Shown here piece after piece: positions 1-12,047 of a DNA stretch of 64,000 nucleotides. This stretch comes from Cyanophora paradoxa CCMP329 (lineage: Eukaryota > Plantae > Glaucophyta): contig QPMI01000281.1 in the NCBI GenBank assembly GCA_004431415.1, positions 1-64,000 of the forward strand, written 5' to 3'. Under the pieces are notes generated by a model. The model made no database searches and had not been told where the DNA came from. It worked only from the letters and a program-made list of their open reading frames with translations. The translations under genes and the position numbers were made by a program. The first letter of the stretch is position 1. Each line of letters begins with the position of its first letter.

Positions 1-3000
1 TCAAGGAGGGCCTCGCCAAGGAGGGCGGCATGCTCGACACCGACGAGGAGCTCTTCCGCCGCTTCACCCAGCAGGTCCCCGGCGCCCCGCGCCCCCCGCC
101 CGCCCCCCGCCGAGCCCGCCGCGCAGGTCCAGCGCAACCTGCACGTCATCTTCACGATGAACCCCGCCAACCCCGACTTCACCTCCCGCCACCAGGCCCG
201 CCCGCCCGCCCGCACCCTCCCTCTCCCGCTGCCCCTGCCGCCTTCGAACGCCGCGGCAGACGAGCCCGGCGCTCTTCAACCGCTGCGTCATCGACTGGTT
301 CGGGGACTGGTCCGAGGCGGCCCTCCACCAGGTGCCCCCGCCCCGCCCCGCCCCGCCCCGCCCCGCCCGCCGCGCCCCTCGGCGGCCGACGGGGGCGGCA
401 GGTCGCCTTCGAGTTCACGCGGACGCTGGAGCTGGACGACCCCGCGTACGCGCCCCCCGAGGGCGTCGAGCTCCCGAGCCTGGGCGGGGCGGGGGCCCCC
501 GGGCAGCGGGAGGCGCTCGTCTCCTGCATGGTCGCCATCCACACGTCGGTGGCGGAGGTGAGCGGGGCGCTGGCGCGGCGCACGGGCCGCTCGCACTACG
601 TCACCCCGCGCCACTTCCTCGACCTCATCCGGCACTACGTGGCGCTCTACCGGGAGAAGCGGGGCGAGCTGGAGGAGCAGCAGCTGCACCTCAACCTGGG
701 CCTCCAGAAGCTGCGCGACACCGAGCAGCAGGTCGCCGAGCTCCAGGGCCAGCTCGCCCGCCAGGAGGCCGAGCTGGAGGCCAAGAACCGCGCCGCCAAC
801 GAGAAGCTCGACCTCATCGCCCGCAAGCAGACCGAGGCCGAGCGCGACAAGAAGGAGGCGCAGGCGATGGCCGCGCAGGTCGCCGCCCAGCGCCTCCAGA
901 TCGACGAGCGCAAGACGTGCGCCCCGCGCAGCCGCCGGCCGCCGGCCGCCCCGCCCGGGCGGGGCTGAGCGGGCGGGGGGCGCGCAGGCGGGTTGCGACG
1001 GACCTGGCGGAGGCGGAGCCGGCGGTGCGGGAGGCGCAGAGCAGCGTGATGGGGATCAAGAAGAGCGCGCTGGACGAGCTGCGCTCGATGGCGAACCCGC
1101 CGGCGCTCGTGAAGGTGACCCTCGAGGCGGTCTGCCTCATCCTGGGGCAGGACAAGGGGGACCTCTCGTGGGACGCCATCCGCCGCCGCATCCGCGAGGA
1201 GACCTTCATCGCCTCCGTCGTCGACTTCCGCACCGAGAAGGCCCGCCCGCCCCGCCCCGCCCTCCGCCCCGCGCCCCGCCCCCGGCGAGGCCATGGCGCA
1301 GCTGCGGAACGCGACGCGGCACTTCGTGGAGAAAGAGTACATGGGCAAGGCGGACTTCACGCACGCCGCCGTCGACCGCGCCTCCAAGGTCGCCGGGCCC
1401 CTCTTCAAGTGGCTCTCCGCCCAGCTCCACTACTCGGACATCCTCAACCGCATCGAGCCGCTCCGCAACGAGCTCGCCGCCCTCGAGGAGCAGTCCCGCG
1501 ACATGGAGCTCGCCTGCGCCCAGCTCGAGGAGAAGGCCCGCGCCCCGCGCCCCGCGCCCCTCCGCCTCCTTCCCCGCGCGGGGCGCCTGAGGGCGGGGGC
1601 GGGCAGGTTGCGGAGATCGAGGGGGCGATCGGGGTCTTCAAGGGGGAGTACAGCGCCCTCATCGGGGAGACGCAGGAGATGAAGGCGGAGATGGGCCGCA
1701 TCCGCGCCAAGGTCGACCGCTCCATGGCCCTCATCCGCTCCCTCGCCTTCGAGACGGCCCGCTGGGAGGAGGGCAGCGCCGCCTTCGCCGCCCAGATGGC
1801 GAGCCTGCCCGGGGAGGCCCTCCTCGGCGCCGCCTTCCTCACCTACATCGGCTACTTCGACGAGGCGCACCGCCGCCAGCTCCTCACCCGCTGGCGCGCC
1901 CGCGCGGGGGACCTCCGCCTCCGCGCCCGCCCCGAGCTCAGCCTCGTCGAGTACCTCTCGACGCCCGAGCAGCGCCTCGAGTGGCACGCCTGCGGCCTCC
2001 CCGCCGACGACCTCTCCGTGGAGAACGCGGTGCTGCTGGAGCGGCACGGGCGCTTCCCGCTGATCGTGGACCCGTCGGGGCACGCGACGGCCTTCCTGGC
2101 GGCGAAGCTCAAGGCGCGGCGGCTCGCCTCGACCTCCTTCCTCGACGAGGCCTTCCTCAAGAACCTCGAAGCCTCGCTGCGCTTCGGCTGCCCCCTCCTC
2201 GTCACCGACGTCGAGGGGTACGACCCCGTCCTCAACCCCGTCCTCAACCGCGAGGTCCACAAGACGGGCGGGCGCGCCCTCATCCGCCTCGGGGACCAGG
2301 AGATTGACTTCAGCCCGTCCTTCGCGCTCTTCCTGAGCACGCGGGACCCCGCCGCGCACTTCCCCCCCGACCTCTGCTCGCGGGTCACCTTCGTCAACTT
2401 CACGGTGACGCCGTCGGGCCTGCACGCCCAGTGCCTCGCCGCCGTCCTCTCCGCCGAGCGGCCCGACGTCGACGAGAAGCGCCGCGACCTCCTCCGCCTC
2501 CAGGCCCGCCCCGCGCCCCGTCCCCGCCCCCGCCCCCGCCCCCTCGTGACGGCGGGGGGGGCAGGGGGAGTTCCGGGCGCGGCTGCGGCGGCTGGAGCAG
2601 CAGCTGCTGGGGGCGATCTCGGAGAGCAAGGGGAACCTGCTGGACGACGCGTCGCTGGTGGAGACGATGGAGGCCCTCAAGCGCGAGGCCGCCGACGTCA
2701 GCGCCAAGATGGAGCAGGCCGCCGACGTCATGCGCGACACCGCCGCCGTCTCCGAGTCCGCCCCCCGCCGCCCCTCCCCCGCCCGCCCCCCGCCCCGCCC
2801 GGCTCACGGGCCCGTGCCGGCGCAGGCTGTACGGGCCGGTGGCGGCGGCGAGCACGCGCCTCTACTTCGCCGTCGAGTGCCTCGCCGAGGTCCACTTCCT
2901 CTACCAGGTGCACCCCGCACCGGCCGCGCGCCCCGGCCGGCCTGAGCGCGGGGCAGGTCTCGCTGCCGACCTTCCTCGAGATCTTCGCGGGGGTCCTCGC

Positions 3001-5914
3001 CGAGGGGAAGGGCGCCGGCCCCGCCGAGCCGGCCACCCGCATCGACGCCCTCCTCTCCTCCCTCTTCCGCGCCGTCTGGCGGTGCGCGCGTCGGCGGGGG
3101 CGCCCCGGGGTACATCCCGCCCGGCCTGAGGGGCGCGGCGCGCAGGCGGGTGGGCCGGGGCCTGCTGCAGCGGGACCACCTCCCGTTCGCGCTCCGCCTG
3201 GCGCAGATCCGCCTGCAGGGGACCCCCGACGAGTTCGGCGACGCCCTCCTCGAGTTCCTCACCAAGGGCCCGCCCCATCGCCTCGCCCGCCGCCTCGGCC
3301 CCGCCCCTTCCCGCCCGCGCTGAACCGCCCTCGCTCGCAGGCGTGGCGCACGGGGCGGCGGCGCCAGCGGTGGAGGCGTCGCGCCTGCCGGAGGCGATGC
3401 GGACGGAGGAGCGGCGGGCGCAGCTCGCGCGCCTGGCCGCCCTCCCCGCCTTCGGCCCGTCGTGGCCCACGCCTCGGACCCCGCCAACGCCGACGCCTGG
3501 CGCGCCTTCCTCGCCGCCCCGGACGCCGAGAGGTGCCCGAGCCTCCCTTCCTCCGTCGTCCGCCCCGCCGGCCCCCGACGCCGCGCAGCGCGGTGCCGGA
3601 GTGCTGGGAGGGGCCGGCGGCGCCCCTCTCGCCGGTGGCGGGGCGCTGCGGCGGCTGCTGGTGGTGCGGGCGCTGCGGCCGGAGCGCGTGGTGGCGGCCG
3701 GCTGGCGCCTGGTGGCGGCGGTCTTCGGGGAGGACTTCATGCAGCTGCCGCTGCAGGCCGACCTCGCCGCCGTCGTCGAGCGCGAGGCCGCCGCGGGGCA
3801 GCCCCTCGTCCTCGTCTCCACCCGCGGCCACGACGCCAGCGCCCGCGTCGAGGCCCTCGCCGCCGCCGCCGGCCGCCCCGTCTCCAGCGTCGCCATGGGC
3901 TCCCCCGAGGGCGTCGCGGCGGCGGAGCGGGCGGTGAGCGCGGGGGCGCGGGAGGGCCGCTGGGTCCTCCTCAAGAACGTCCACCTCGCCGCCGGCTGGC
4001 TCGCCGCCCTCGAGAAGCGGCTCCTGCGGCTCCAGGCGCACCCCTCCTTCCGCCTCTTCCTCACCAGCGAGCTGCACCCCGCGCTCCCGGCGCCCCTGCT
4101 GCGCGCCTCCCACGTCCTCCTCTACGAGGCGCCCGTCGGGATGCGCGCCGCCGTGCAGGGCGCCCTCGCCGCCCTCCCCGCCGAGCGCGGCGAGCGCGCC
4201 CCCGTGGAGCGCGCCCGCCTCCACTTCCTCCTCGCCTGGTTCCACGCCCTCGTCCAGGAGCGCCTCCGCTACTGCCCCCTCGGCTGGTCCCGCCCCTACG
4301 AGTTCGGCGACGGCGAGCTGCGCGGCGCCCTCGAGGCGCTGGACGTCTGGGTCGACGCCGCCGCCGCGGGGCGGCCGCACGTCGACCCCGCCAAGCTCCC
4401 CTGGCGCGCCCTCCGCACCGTCGTCCTCGCCTGCTACGCCGGCAAGGTCCGCCCTCGCGCGCTCGCCGGCCCCCAGGCGGGGCGCTGAGCGGGCGGGGCG
4501 GGGCAGGTGGACAACGCGTTCGACGAGCGGCTCATGGCGGCGCTCCTGTCGCGCCTCCTCGTTCCCGCCGCCTATGAGCTCGCCTTCCCCCTCGTCCAGC
4601 CGGCCCCGGGCGCCGCCTCCCTCCTGGGCGCCCCGGAGGGCACCGCCCGCCCCGCCTTCGCCGCCTGGGCGGGGCACCTGCCGCCGATGAACCCGCCCAC
4701 GTGGCTCGGCCTGGCGGGGAGCGCGGAGGGCCGGCTGCTGGGCGCCCTCGGGGCGCGGGCGCTGCGGACGCTGGCGCAGCTGCAGGGGGCCCTCGACGAG
4801 GACGAGGAGCTCGCGTACGCGCCGGCCGCCGGCCCCGCCGCCCCGCACCACTCCCTCGAGGCCGACGCCCGCGCCTGGCTCGCCGCCCTCCCGAGCGCCC
4901 TCCCGCCCTTCGCCGCCGCCGCCGCCGCCGCCTCCGATCCCATCGCCCGCTGCCTCCTCCGCGAGCATTCCGCCGGTGCGCCCCCGCCCGCCGGGCCCGC
5001 CCCCGCCCGCCCCGCGCGGCCCCTGAGGGGCGGGGCAGGGGCGCGCGTGCTGGCGCGGGTGCGGGCGGACCTGACCCTCGCGGCCGCCGTCTGCGCCCAC
5101 TCCGCCCGCCCCACGAACGCCTCCCGCGCCCTCCTCGCCGCCCTCCAGGCGCCCCTACCCCCCTCCCATCCGCCCCGGCCCCGGTCCCTCACCCTGCGCT
5201 GCAGCGGGACGTGGTGCCTGCGGAGTGGCGCGAGGCGGCCGGCGAGCGCGGCGCCGCCGCCCTCTCCTCCGTCCACGCCTGGGTCGCTGACCTCGTGCGG
5301 CCGCCGTGCCCCGCCCGCCGCGCCGCCATCGCGCGCTGAGGGAGCGCGGGGCGCAGAGAGCGCGGCTGGAGCAGCTGGCGGGGCTGGCGAAGGCGGGGGG
5401 CGCGGGGGAGCTGGGGGCGGCGGCGCGGGCCGGCGTGTGGCTCGGGGGCCTCTTCGCGCCCGAGGCGTACGTGACGGCGACGCGGCAGGCGGTGGCGCAG
5501 GCGGAGCGCTGGCCCTCGAGGCCCTCCGCCTCTCCCTCGCCGTCGGCGCCCCCGCCGCCCCGGTCCCCGCGCCTTCGCCCTCCGCGGCCTCGCCCTCGAG
5601 GGCGCCGCCTGGAGCGCCCCGGAGGGCCTCGTCCCTCCGACGCCCTCGCCTCGCCCCTCCCGGCCACCGCCCTCTGCTGGGAGCGCGCCGACCCCGCCGC
5701 CGACGCCGGCGCCGCGGCCGACACGCTGCTGGCCGTCGCCGGCGGGGACGGGGAGGGGGCCCCCGCCGGGGGCGCCGTGCAGCTCCCCGTCTACCTCGAC
5801 GGGCAGCGCGCGCAGCTGCTCTTCGCCGCCTCCCTCCCCGCCTCGCCCTCCCTCGGGCCCTCCCTCTGCCTCCAGCGCGGCGCCTGCGTCACCGCCTGGC
5901 AGGCCCCCCTTTAG
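1..5914 (+). CDS. DYNC1H1: Cytoplasmic dynein-1 heavy chain, 3' portion (end of AAA4, stalk/MTBD, AAA5, AAA6, C-terminal domain); 5'-partial, about 17 introns
   Basis: Spliced motifs VQRNLHVIFTMNP, TSPALFNRCVIDWFGDW, HYVTPRHFLDLI, LNLGLQKL, DLAEAEPAV, ELRSMANPP, RFPLIVDPSG, PDLCSRVTFVNFTVT, GRWVLLKNVHLA, FLLAWFHALVQERLRY. TSPALFNRC..WFGDW fits dynein-1 rather than IFT dynein-2. Stop at 5912-5914. Confidence 0.95.
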
Positions 5915-6321
5915 GCACCTCGCGCCCCCCGCACTCAGATGTGAGCCTCGTGCGCATCTGATCATGACACGTGATGTCCGCTGGCGGCTAGCTAGCAGCA
6001 CATCTGTGGTCAACGCGGGGCGACTCGGCAAAACGGGATTCACTCGAATTCGAATTCAGGACTCGGGATTCACGTGAATCGCCGGCAGGTACAAGACGCA
6101 GGTCAGCCCATAACTCCGAGGGCTCATCGGCTGTAGCTGCATGCGCAGAATCTCATTAAAAATTGCTTGGAAGCTTAACGTTGAATTTAGTTACGTATAC
6201 TTGGTGATCCCAGAAGCCAAATACTCAGTAGTAGTACGCAAGGAAGACTGCACATGCATATGTACACGGACAACTTGGCAAGATTCAATGATTGACAGTA
6301 AACCGCTGAGCCTGAGATTAA

Positions 6322-7978
6322 TTGGGGAAGGACCCCCTTCCCCTTCCCCCACTTGGGGGTGTTCGGGTGCCCACCCTAGGCCAAAATGAAATGTCCCGAC
6401 CTCCCAAAACCCGGGTTTTCTCGCCGGATCCTAGGAAGGCATGTCTCTAGGAGTCCGGAAACATGTTCCGGGAGATCCGGGTCCCGTCGGGTCGACCAGG
6501 AATGGGCAATAACACATTTTCACAAAATGCGATCTAGCGCCTCACCAAGTGGCGATATATCTGCCGGACCGAGTGCGCCTGAATGCGCCTGATACGCCCG
6601 ACGATTCATGTCATACATGCCGAGACCGGAGGGCAAAGGGTGGTCCGCTAGGCCGCCTCAAGTACCTGTTGTACCGGACGCCGAAAAAACGCGCTCCTGA
6701 GAGTTTCGGCCTATCGTGTTGTAGTACCCGTGCTTTAAGCCGGCAAGCTAGCCGACAGGCTTGCTAGCTGGCCAACTAGCTGAGCTCCGGCTGTAGGCTT
6801 GCTGCAGCTGGCATGGACTTCAGCCGCACGACATCAAGCGCGTGGCGTCCGTCGACATCGTACCGGCCGCGGCACGTGCGAATGCGTCTGCGCCCGCCGA
6901 GTGCGCGCCGAGGTTCTGCTCTGCTGCATGGATCGTTCGCCCGGGCCGGGCCGCTCGAGCCTCACTCGCTCGTGCGCGCGCGCCGCGCGCCAGGTACGAA
7001 CTCGTGCGCTCGCCCCGCGCGCCACCTCCGCCGCGCCGCCCTCTCACTTCCCTTACACTTCGAATTCCTCTCGAGCTCACTTCCTCTCACTTCTCACTTC
7101 CTCTCGAGCTCACTTGCAGCAGGCGAGACGCAACATCGCATCTGCAGCTGTTCCATCGGTGCGCATGCTGCACAGCTGTGCTCGTCCGACGGTCGCTTCC
7201 TCTGCCGCAGGGGAAGGGTCCGGTACCGGTTGCAATTGCACGACCCATGCTTGCCACCCTCAGTCTTGCACCCGCATGCAATCGACCGGGTCGAGCCGCT
7301 AGCAAGCATCACACCGCCTCCAATTGCAAGACCTCGGCCTCCGCCTCCGTTGACGGCGCCGGCGCGCCCGTCCGCCCGCGCGCCTTGCTGCGCTCCTCGT
7401 CCGCGCTAATATAAGCGCCTGCCGCTGCGCCTCCGCCCGCGCCAACGCCGGCCGGCAGCGCGGCCGCCGGGCTCCTCCCGCTCCTCGGGGGCGGAGGCGC
7501 AGCGGACGGCAGCGCGGCTCGCCTGGCGGGGCGGAGGCGCGGCGGGCGGCGCGCGGCGCAGCTCGCCGGGTGGGACGGGAGGCGCTGCGGGCGGCGGAGT
7601 GGCTATCCGGGCGGGCGGAGGCGCGGCGGGCGGCGGCGCGGCGGGCGGCGGCGCGTCTCGACGGGCAGGGCGGAGGCGCGTTCGCGATCGGGGGCGACGC
7701 GGCTCGCAGGGCGGGCGGCTCGCAGGGCGGGGCGCCGCGGCGGAGGCGCGGCGGACGGTGGCGCTTCTCAAGATCTAGTCCTCCGCTGAGCTAGATCTTG
7801 TCCTCCCCCACCCCCCCCCCCCCCCCCCATGATCGAGCTGCTATCAGAGTCCACACTATCTCGGCTCAAAGATAACGTGACCAGCTGCAGGGGTGAACTT
7901 TCCTGCTCATGATCAACCTTTAGAGGTCCTTCCCCTCCAACAGGGGCAGTGCAACTGCAGTGTCCCTGTTCCGTTCAT
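6322..7978. repeat. Copy 1 of a ~1.66-kb near-identical direct repeat (period 1719 bp)
   Basis: Matches 8041-9697; differences seen are mostly single-base indels; duplicated ORFs at 6386 and 8105. Confidence 0.95.
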
Positions 7979-8038
7979 TAAAGGAGCACTGCACCGTGGC
8001 CATGGCACGCGGACAAGGAACACCGGACCGAAGTAACT

Positions 8039-9697
8039 TGTTGGGGAAGGACCCCCTTCCCCTTCCCCCACTTGGGGGTGTTCGGGTGCCCACCCTAGGC
8101 CAAAATGAAATGTCCCGACCTCCCAAAACCCGGGTTTTCTCGCCGGATCCTAGGAAGGCATGTCTCTAGGAGTCCGGAAACATGTTCCGGGAGATCCGGG
8201 TCCCGTCGGGTCGACCAGGAATGGGCAATAACACATTTTCACAAAATGCGATCTAGCGCCTCACCAAGTGGCGATATATCTGCCGGACCGAGTGCGCCTG
8301 AATGCGCCTGATACGCCCGACGATTCATGTCATACATGCCGAGACCGGAGGGGCAAAGGGTGGTCCGCTAGGCCGCCTCAAGTACCTGTTGTACCGGACG
8401 CCGAAAAAACGCGCTCCTGAGAGTTTCGGCCTATCGTGTTGTAGTACCCGTGCTTTAAGCCGGCAAGCTAGCCGACAGGCTTGCTAGCTGGCCAACTAGC
8501 TGAGCTCCGGCTGTAGGCTTGCTGCAGCTGGCATGGACTTCAGCCGCACGACATCAAGCGCGTGGCGTCCGTCGACATCGTACCGGCCGCGGCACGTGCG
8601 AATGCGTCTGCGCCCGCCGAGTGCGCGCCGAGGTTCTGCTCTGCTGCATGGATCGTTCGCCCGGGCCGGGCCGCTCGAGCCTCACTCGCTCGTGCGCGCG
8701 CGCCGCGCGCCAGGTACGAACTCGTGCGCTCGCCCGCGCGCCACCTCCGCCGCGCCGCCCTCTCACTTCCCTTACACTTCGAATTCCTCTCGAGCTCACT
8801 TCCTCTCACTTCTCACTTCCTCTCGAGCTCACTTGCAGCAGGCGAGACGCAACATCGCATCTGCAGCTGTTCCATCGGTGCGCATGCTGCACAGCTGTGC
8901 TCGTCCGACGGTCGCTTCCTCTGCCGCAGGGGAAGGGTCCGGTACCGGTTGCAATTGCACGACCCATGCTTGCCACCCTCAGTCTTGCACCCGCATGCAA
9001 TCGACCGGGTCGAGCCGCTAGCAAGCATCACACCGCCTCCAATTGCAAGACCTCGGCCTCCGCCTCCGTTGACGGCGCCGGCGCGCCCGTCCGCCGCGCG
9101 CCTTGCTGCGCTCCTCGTCCGCGCTAATATAAGCGCCTGCCGCTGCGCCTCCGCCCGCGCCAACGCCGGCCGGCAGCGCGGCCGCCGGGCTCCTCCCGCT
9201 CCTCGGGGCGGAGGCGCAGCGGACGGCAGCGCGGCTCGCCTGGCGGGGCGGAGGCGCGGCGGGCGGCGCGCGGCGCAGCTCGCCGGGTGGGACGGGAGGC
9301 GCTGCGGGCGGCGGAGTGGCTATCCGGGCGGGGCGGAGGCGCGGCGGGCGGCGGCGCGGCGGGCGGCGGCGCGTCTCGACGGGCAGGGCGGAGGCGCGTT
9401 CGCGATCGGGGCGACGCGGCTCGCAGGGCGGGCGGCTCGCAGGGCGGGGCGCCGCGGCGGAGGCGCGGCGGACGGTGGCGCTTCTCAAGATCTAGTCCTC
9501 CGCTGAGCTAGATCTTGTCCTCCCCCCACCCCTCCCCCCCCTCCCCCATGATCGAGCTGCTATCAGAGTCCACACTATCTCGGCTCAAAGATAACGTGAC
9601 CAGCTGCAGGGGTGAACTTTCCTGCTCATGATCAACCTTTAGAGGTCCTTCCCCTCCAACAGGGGCAGTGCAACTGCAGTGTCCCTGTTCCGTTCAT
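8039..9697. repeat. Copy 2 of the direct repeat; bounded by TGTTGGGGAAGGACC ... GGTCCTTCCCCTCCAACA (LTR-like or TIR-like ends)
   Basis: Imperfect inverted termini at 8039-8053 and 9644-9661; no recognisable transposon ORF. Confidence 0.9.
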
Positions 9698-9921
9698 ACT
9701 TAGCCTAGTAGTAACTAGTAAGTTAGCTTTAAGCAAGAAGTCCAGGAGCACCTGGAGTACACGCGGACAAGATTGAAAAGATCGAGCATCCGATGATCTC
9801 AGTTCGCATTCCGAGTTCGCTCTCAGGCTCTATCCGTCGAGTGCCGCCCTTGCTTCAAGGCTTTCTCCCCACGAAGGATCGCCCGTTCCGCCACAAGGCC
9901 CGAGGCCCTCGCACCCGTGAC

Positions 9922-9922
<1 letters not shown>

Positions 9923-9958
<36 letters not shown>
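9923..9958. repeat. Poly-C/poly-G tract (36 nt)
   Basis: Seen directly. Confidence 0.9.
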
Positions 9959-9960
<2 letters not shown>

Positions 9961-10105
9961 GAGCTACAGCGAGGGTATGGAGGGGAGGACACCCGTGAAA
10001 CACTCCGAGAGAGTGGAATCACGTGAGTGCATGCGTACAAGACGCAATAATAGGGCGGCGGGCAGCAGGCGGCGGGCCCGCGCGCGCGCCCTCGCGCGGG
10101 GCGGG

Positions 10106-11988
10106 CTACTTGAGCTTCTGTACAATGGCGGCGCTCGCGAGGCCGGCGTCCTGTATGGAGACGCCGAAGTCGGTGAGGACCTTGTTCGGGAAGGTCGTCA
10201 TCAGGTCGTACGCCTTGCCCCGCATAGGGAGCGCCCTGCCCCCACCGTTGAGGGCGCCCTCCGGGGCCCCCGGGGCGGGCGGGGCGGGCGGGCGTACGCC
10301 TCGCAGAAGTTGCGGATGTGCTGGACGGTGTGCGTGAGGTTGAACTTGGCGACGAGGCGCGTGCCGTCGTGCAGCCGGATCTGCAGCGTCGTCGTCGGCT
10401 TGCTCGCGTCCACCTGCCGCCCCCGGCCAGCGTTCAGAGAAGCCAGGCCGGCGGGGGGCGGGCGCGGCACACCTCGAGCTGGATCGCCTGGCCGACGCTG
10501 CTGGCGGGTATGCTGCCCGGCGGCGTCGACGTGGACGAGGCGGGCGTCGGGTGCGCCGCCGGCGAGGAGGACGGGGCGGACGAGGAGCTGGAGCCGAGGG
10601 TGTGGCCCGACCCCGCGAACGCCTGCTCGCGGCTCAGTGCTCCCGCGACTCTCCCGGGCGGCGGGGGCCGCACCGTGTACTTGGGCCCCGGAGGCGGCTT
10701 GTACTCCTCCCCCTTCTTGTCGACGAGGTTGATGTTGACGGGCTCGCCGCCGGCCTCCTCCTCGAGCTCGCGCGGCGCGTACCCCTTCTCGATGTCCTCC
10801 AGGAAGGAGCGGTTCGCGGGGTCGTCGAAGCGCCGCAGCGGGCCCTCGTCGACGGTGAACCCGTTCGAGTAGAACGTCAGCGTCCGCACGTTCTTCTTCT
10901 TCTTGGCTGCCGCCGCCCCCGGCGCTCAGCGGTGCCCCTGCTCCGCGGAGGATGGCGCGCGCGCACCGGGAGCCTGGCCCGCAGCGCGCATGGCGGCGAG
11001 CTGCGCCTCGGCCGACTCCTTCGCGTCCATCGTGGTGCCGAGGCGGAAACCCGCGCCCGTGAAGGCCGGGCTAGCCGTCTGCGGTTCTGTTACTGACTAG
11101 ATAGGAGATACGCTTTGCGGCGCCGGAGCGCACGTCCTGCGTCGGGGGCGGGGCCGTGCCGCCCTTCTTGGCCTTGTCGATGATGCGGTCGGTTAGGTCC
11201 TTGTCGCCTCCCCCGCCCTTCTTGTTCTTCAGGCGCGGGTCGTTGGGATCGTGCAGCGCCACGCCCTACGCGAGAGAAGAAAACAAGTTAACAGAGGGGG
11301 GCGCAGCTGACTGGCTAGCGCTGGCGAGTCCGAGCGCACCGTGTCTCCGCCGGTGCCGGCGAAATAGTCCTGAGGACCTGCGCGGAGCGTAAGCTAGCGT
11401 AGGCGATGGAATTCGTTTGAGACGACAGCGCAGGGGAATGAGTCTGGAATGCAGTCAACCACGCGCACCCTCGCCGTCAGAGCCGCTGTCATCCGCTTGC
11501 TGCGCCTTCTTCATGTCGCTCAGGGTTGCGAAACGCGGCTTGGCGGCCGGTGGGCTTGCTCGGGCATTCGAAGCAGGCGCGGGCCGGCCGGTCGGCGCTG
11601 CTGCAGGGGCAGGCGCACGCGCTGGTGGTGGCGCCGGAGCCGACTGTGGCTCGAAGGTCGCACTCCCCGAGTACGGAATGCGTGGACCAAGGGCCGGCGC
11701 TGGCGCCTCGGGCTGCGGAGCGCGGGTAAACATGCGGGCGTACATCGGCCACGCGCGTACGTCCGCCGCGCACTTCATGTTCCATCGCCTCGTCGAAGAA
11801 GGCAGACGCCGCGCCCTCGAGATCCCAGTTGTGGCTCTGCGCGGCGCCCATCGGACTGCGGCCGCAAACCGGTGGACCGGAAGCGGTGCCCAGGGGGCGC
11901 GAACCTCGAGGAAGAAGCGCGCCTGCTCGTCTGAGCTGCAGCTCGTCAGGTCCTTGAAGTCCTTGAGGAGCCTCGCCTGGTCGGCCAT
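10106..11988 (-). CDS. NSFL1C: p47/Shp1 family p97-Cdc48 adaptor (UBA-like, SEP and UBX domains); multi-exon
   Basis: MADQARLLKDF..ARFFLE|SHNWDLEGA (UBA-like), LTFYSNGFTVDEGPLRRFDDPANRSFLEDI (SEP), AFAGSGHTLG (SHP box), TTLQIRLHDGTRLVAKFNLTHTV..FPNK (UBX). Confidence 0.92.
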
Positions 11989-12047
11989 CTTTGCCACCAC
12001 AGCGAACGAAGTGAAGGGGTACGGCAATCAGAGCACATTCTGCGAAG
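11989..12047. promoter_or_regulatory. Candidate ultra-compact bidirectional promoter (59 bp between divergent start codons)
   Basis: p47 ATG at 11988 (-) and PGK ATG at 12048 (+). Confidence 0.6.

Noticed and set aside
332-3937. 1201-aa ORF and other long Pro/Arg/Ala-rich ORFs on both strands over the dynein gene
   Set aside because: Stop-poor GC-rich frames that stitch real exons to introns and off-frame sequence; the spliced dynein gene explains the region.
3440-5530. Apparent frameshifts in dynein near ~3460 and ~5510 (pseudogene or programmed frameshift?)
   Set aside because: Motifs are otherwise intact and single-base indels also separate the repeat copies; sequencing/consensus error in extreme GC is more likely.
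6322-9697. Complete LTR retrotransposon or rDNA unit
   Set aside because: No gag/pol, PBS, PPT or TSD found, and no rRNA-like sequence recognised.
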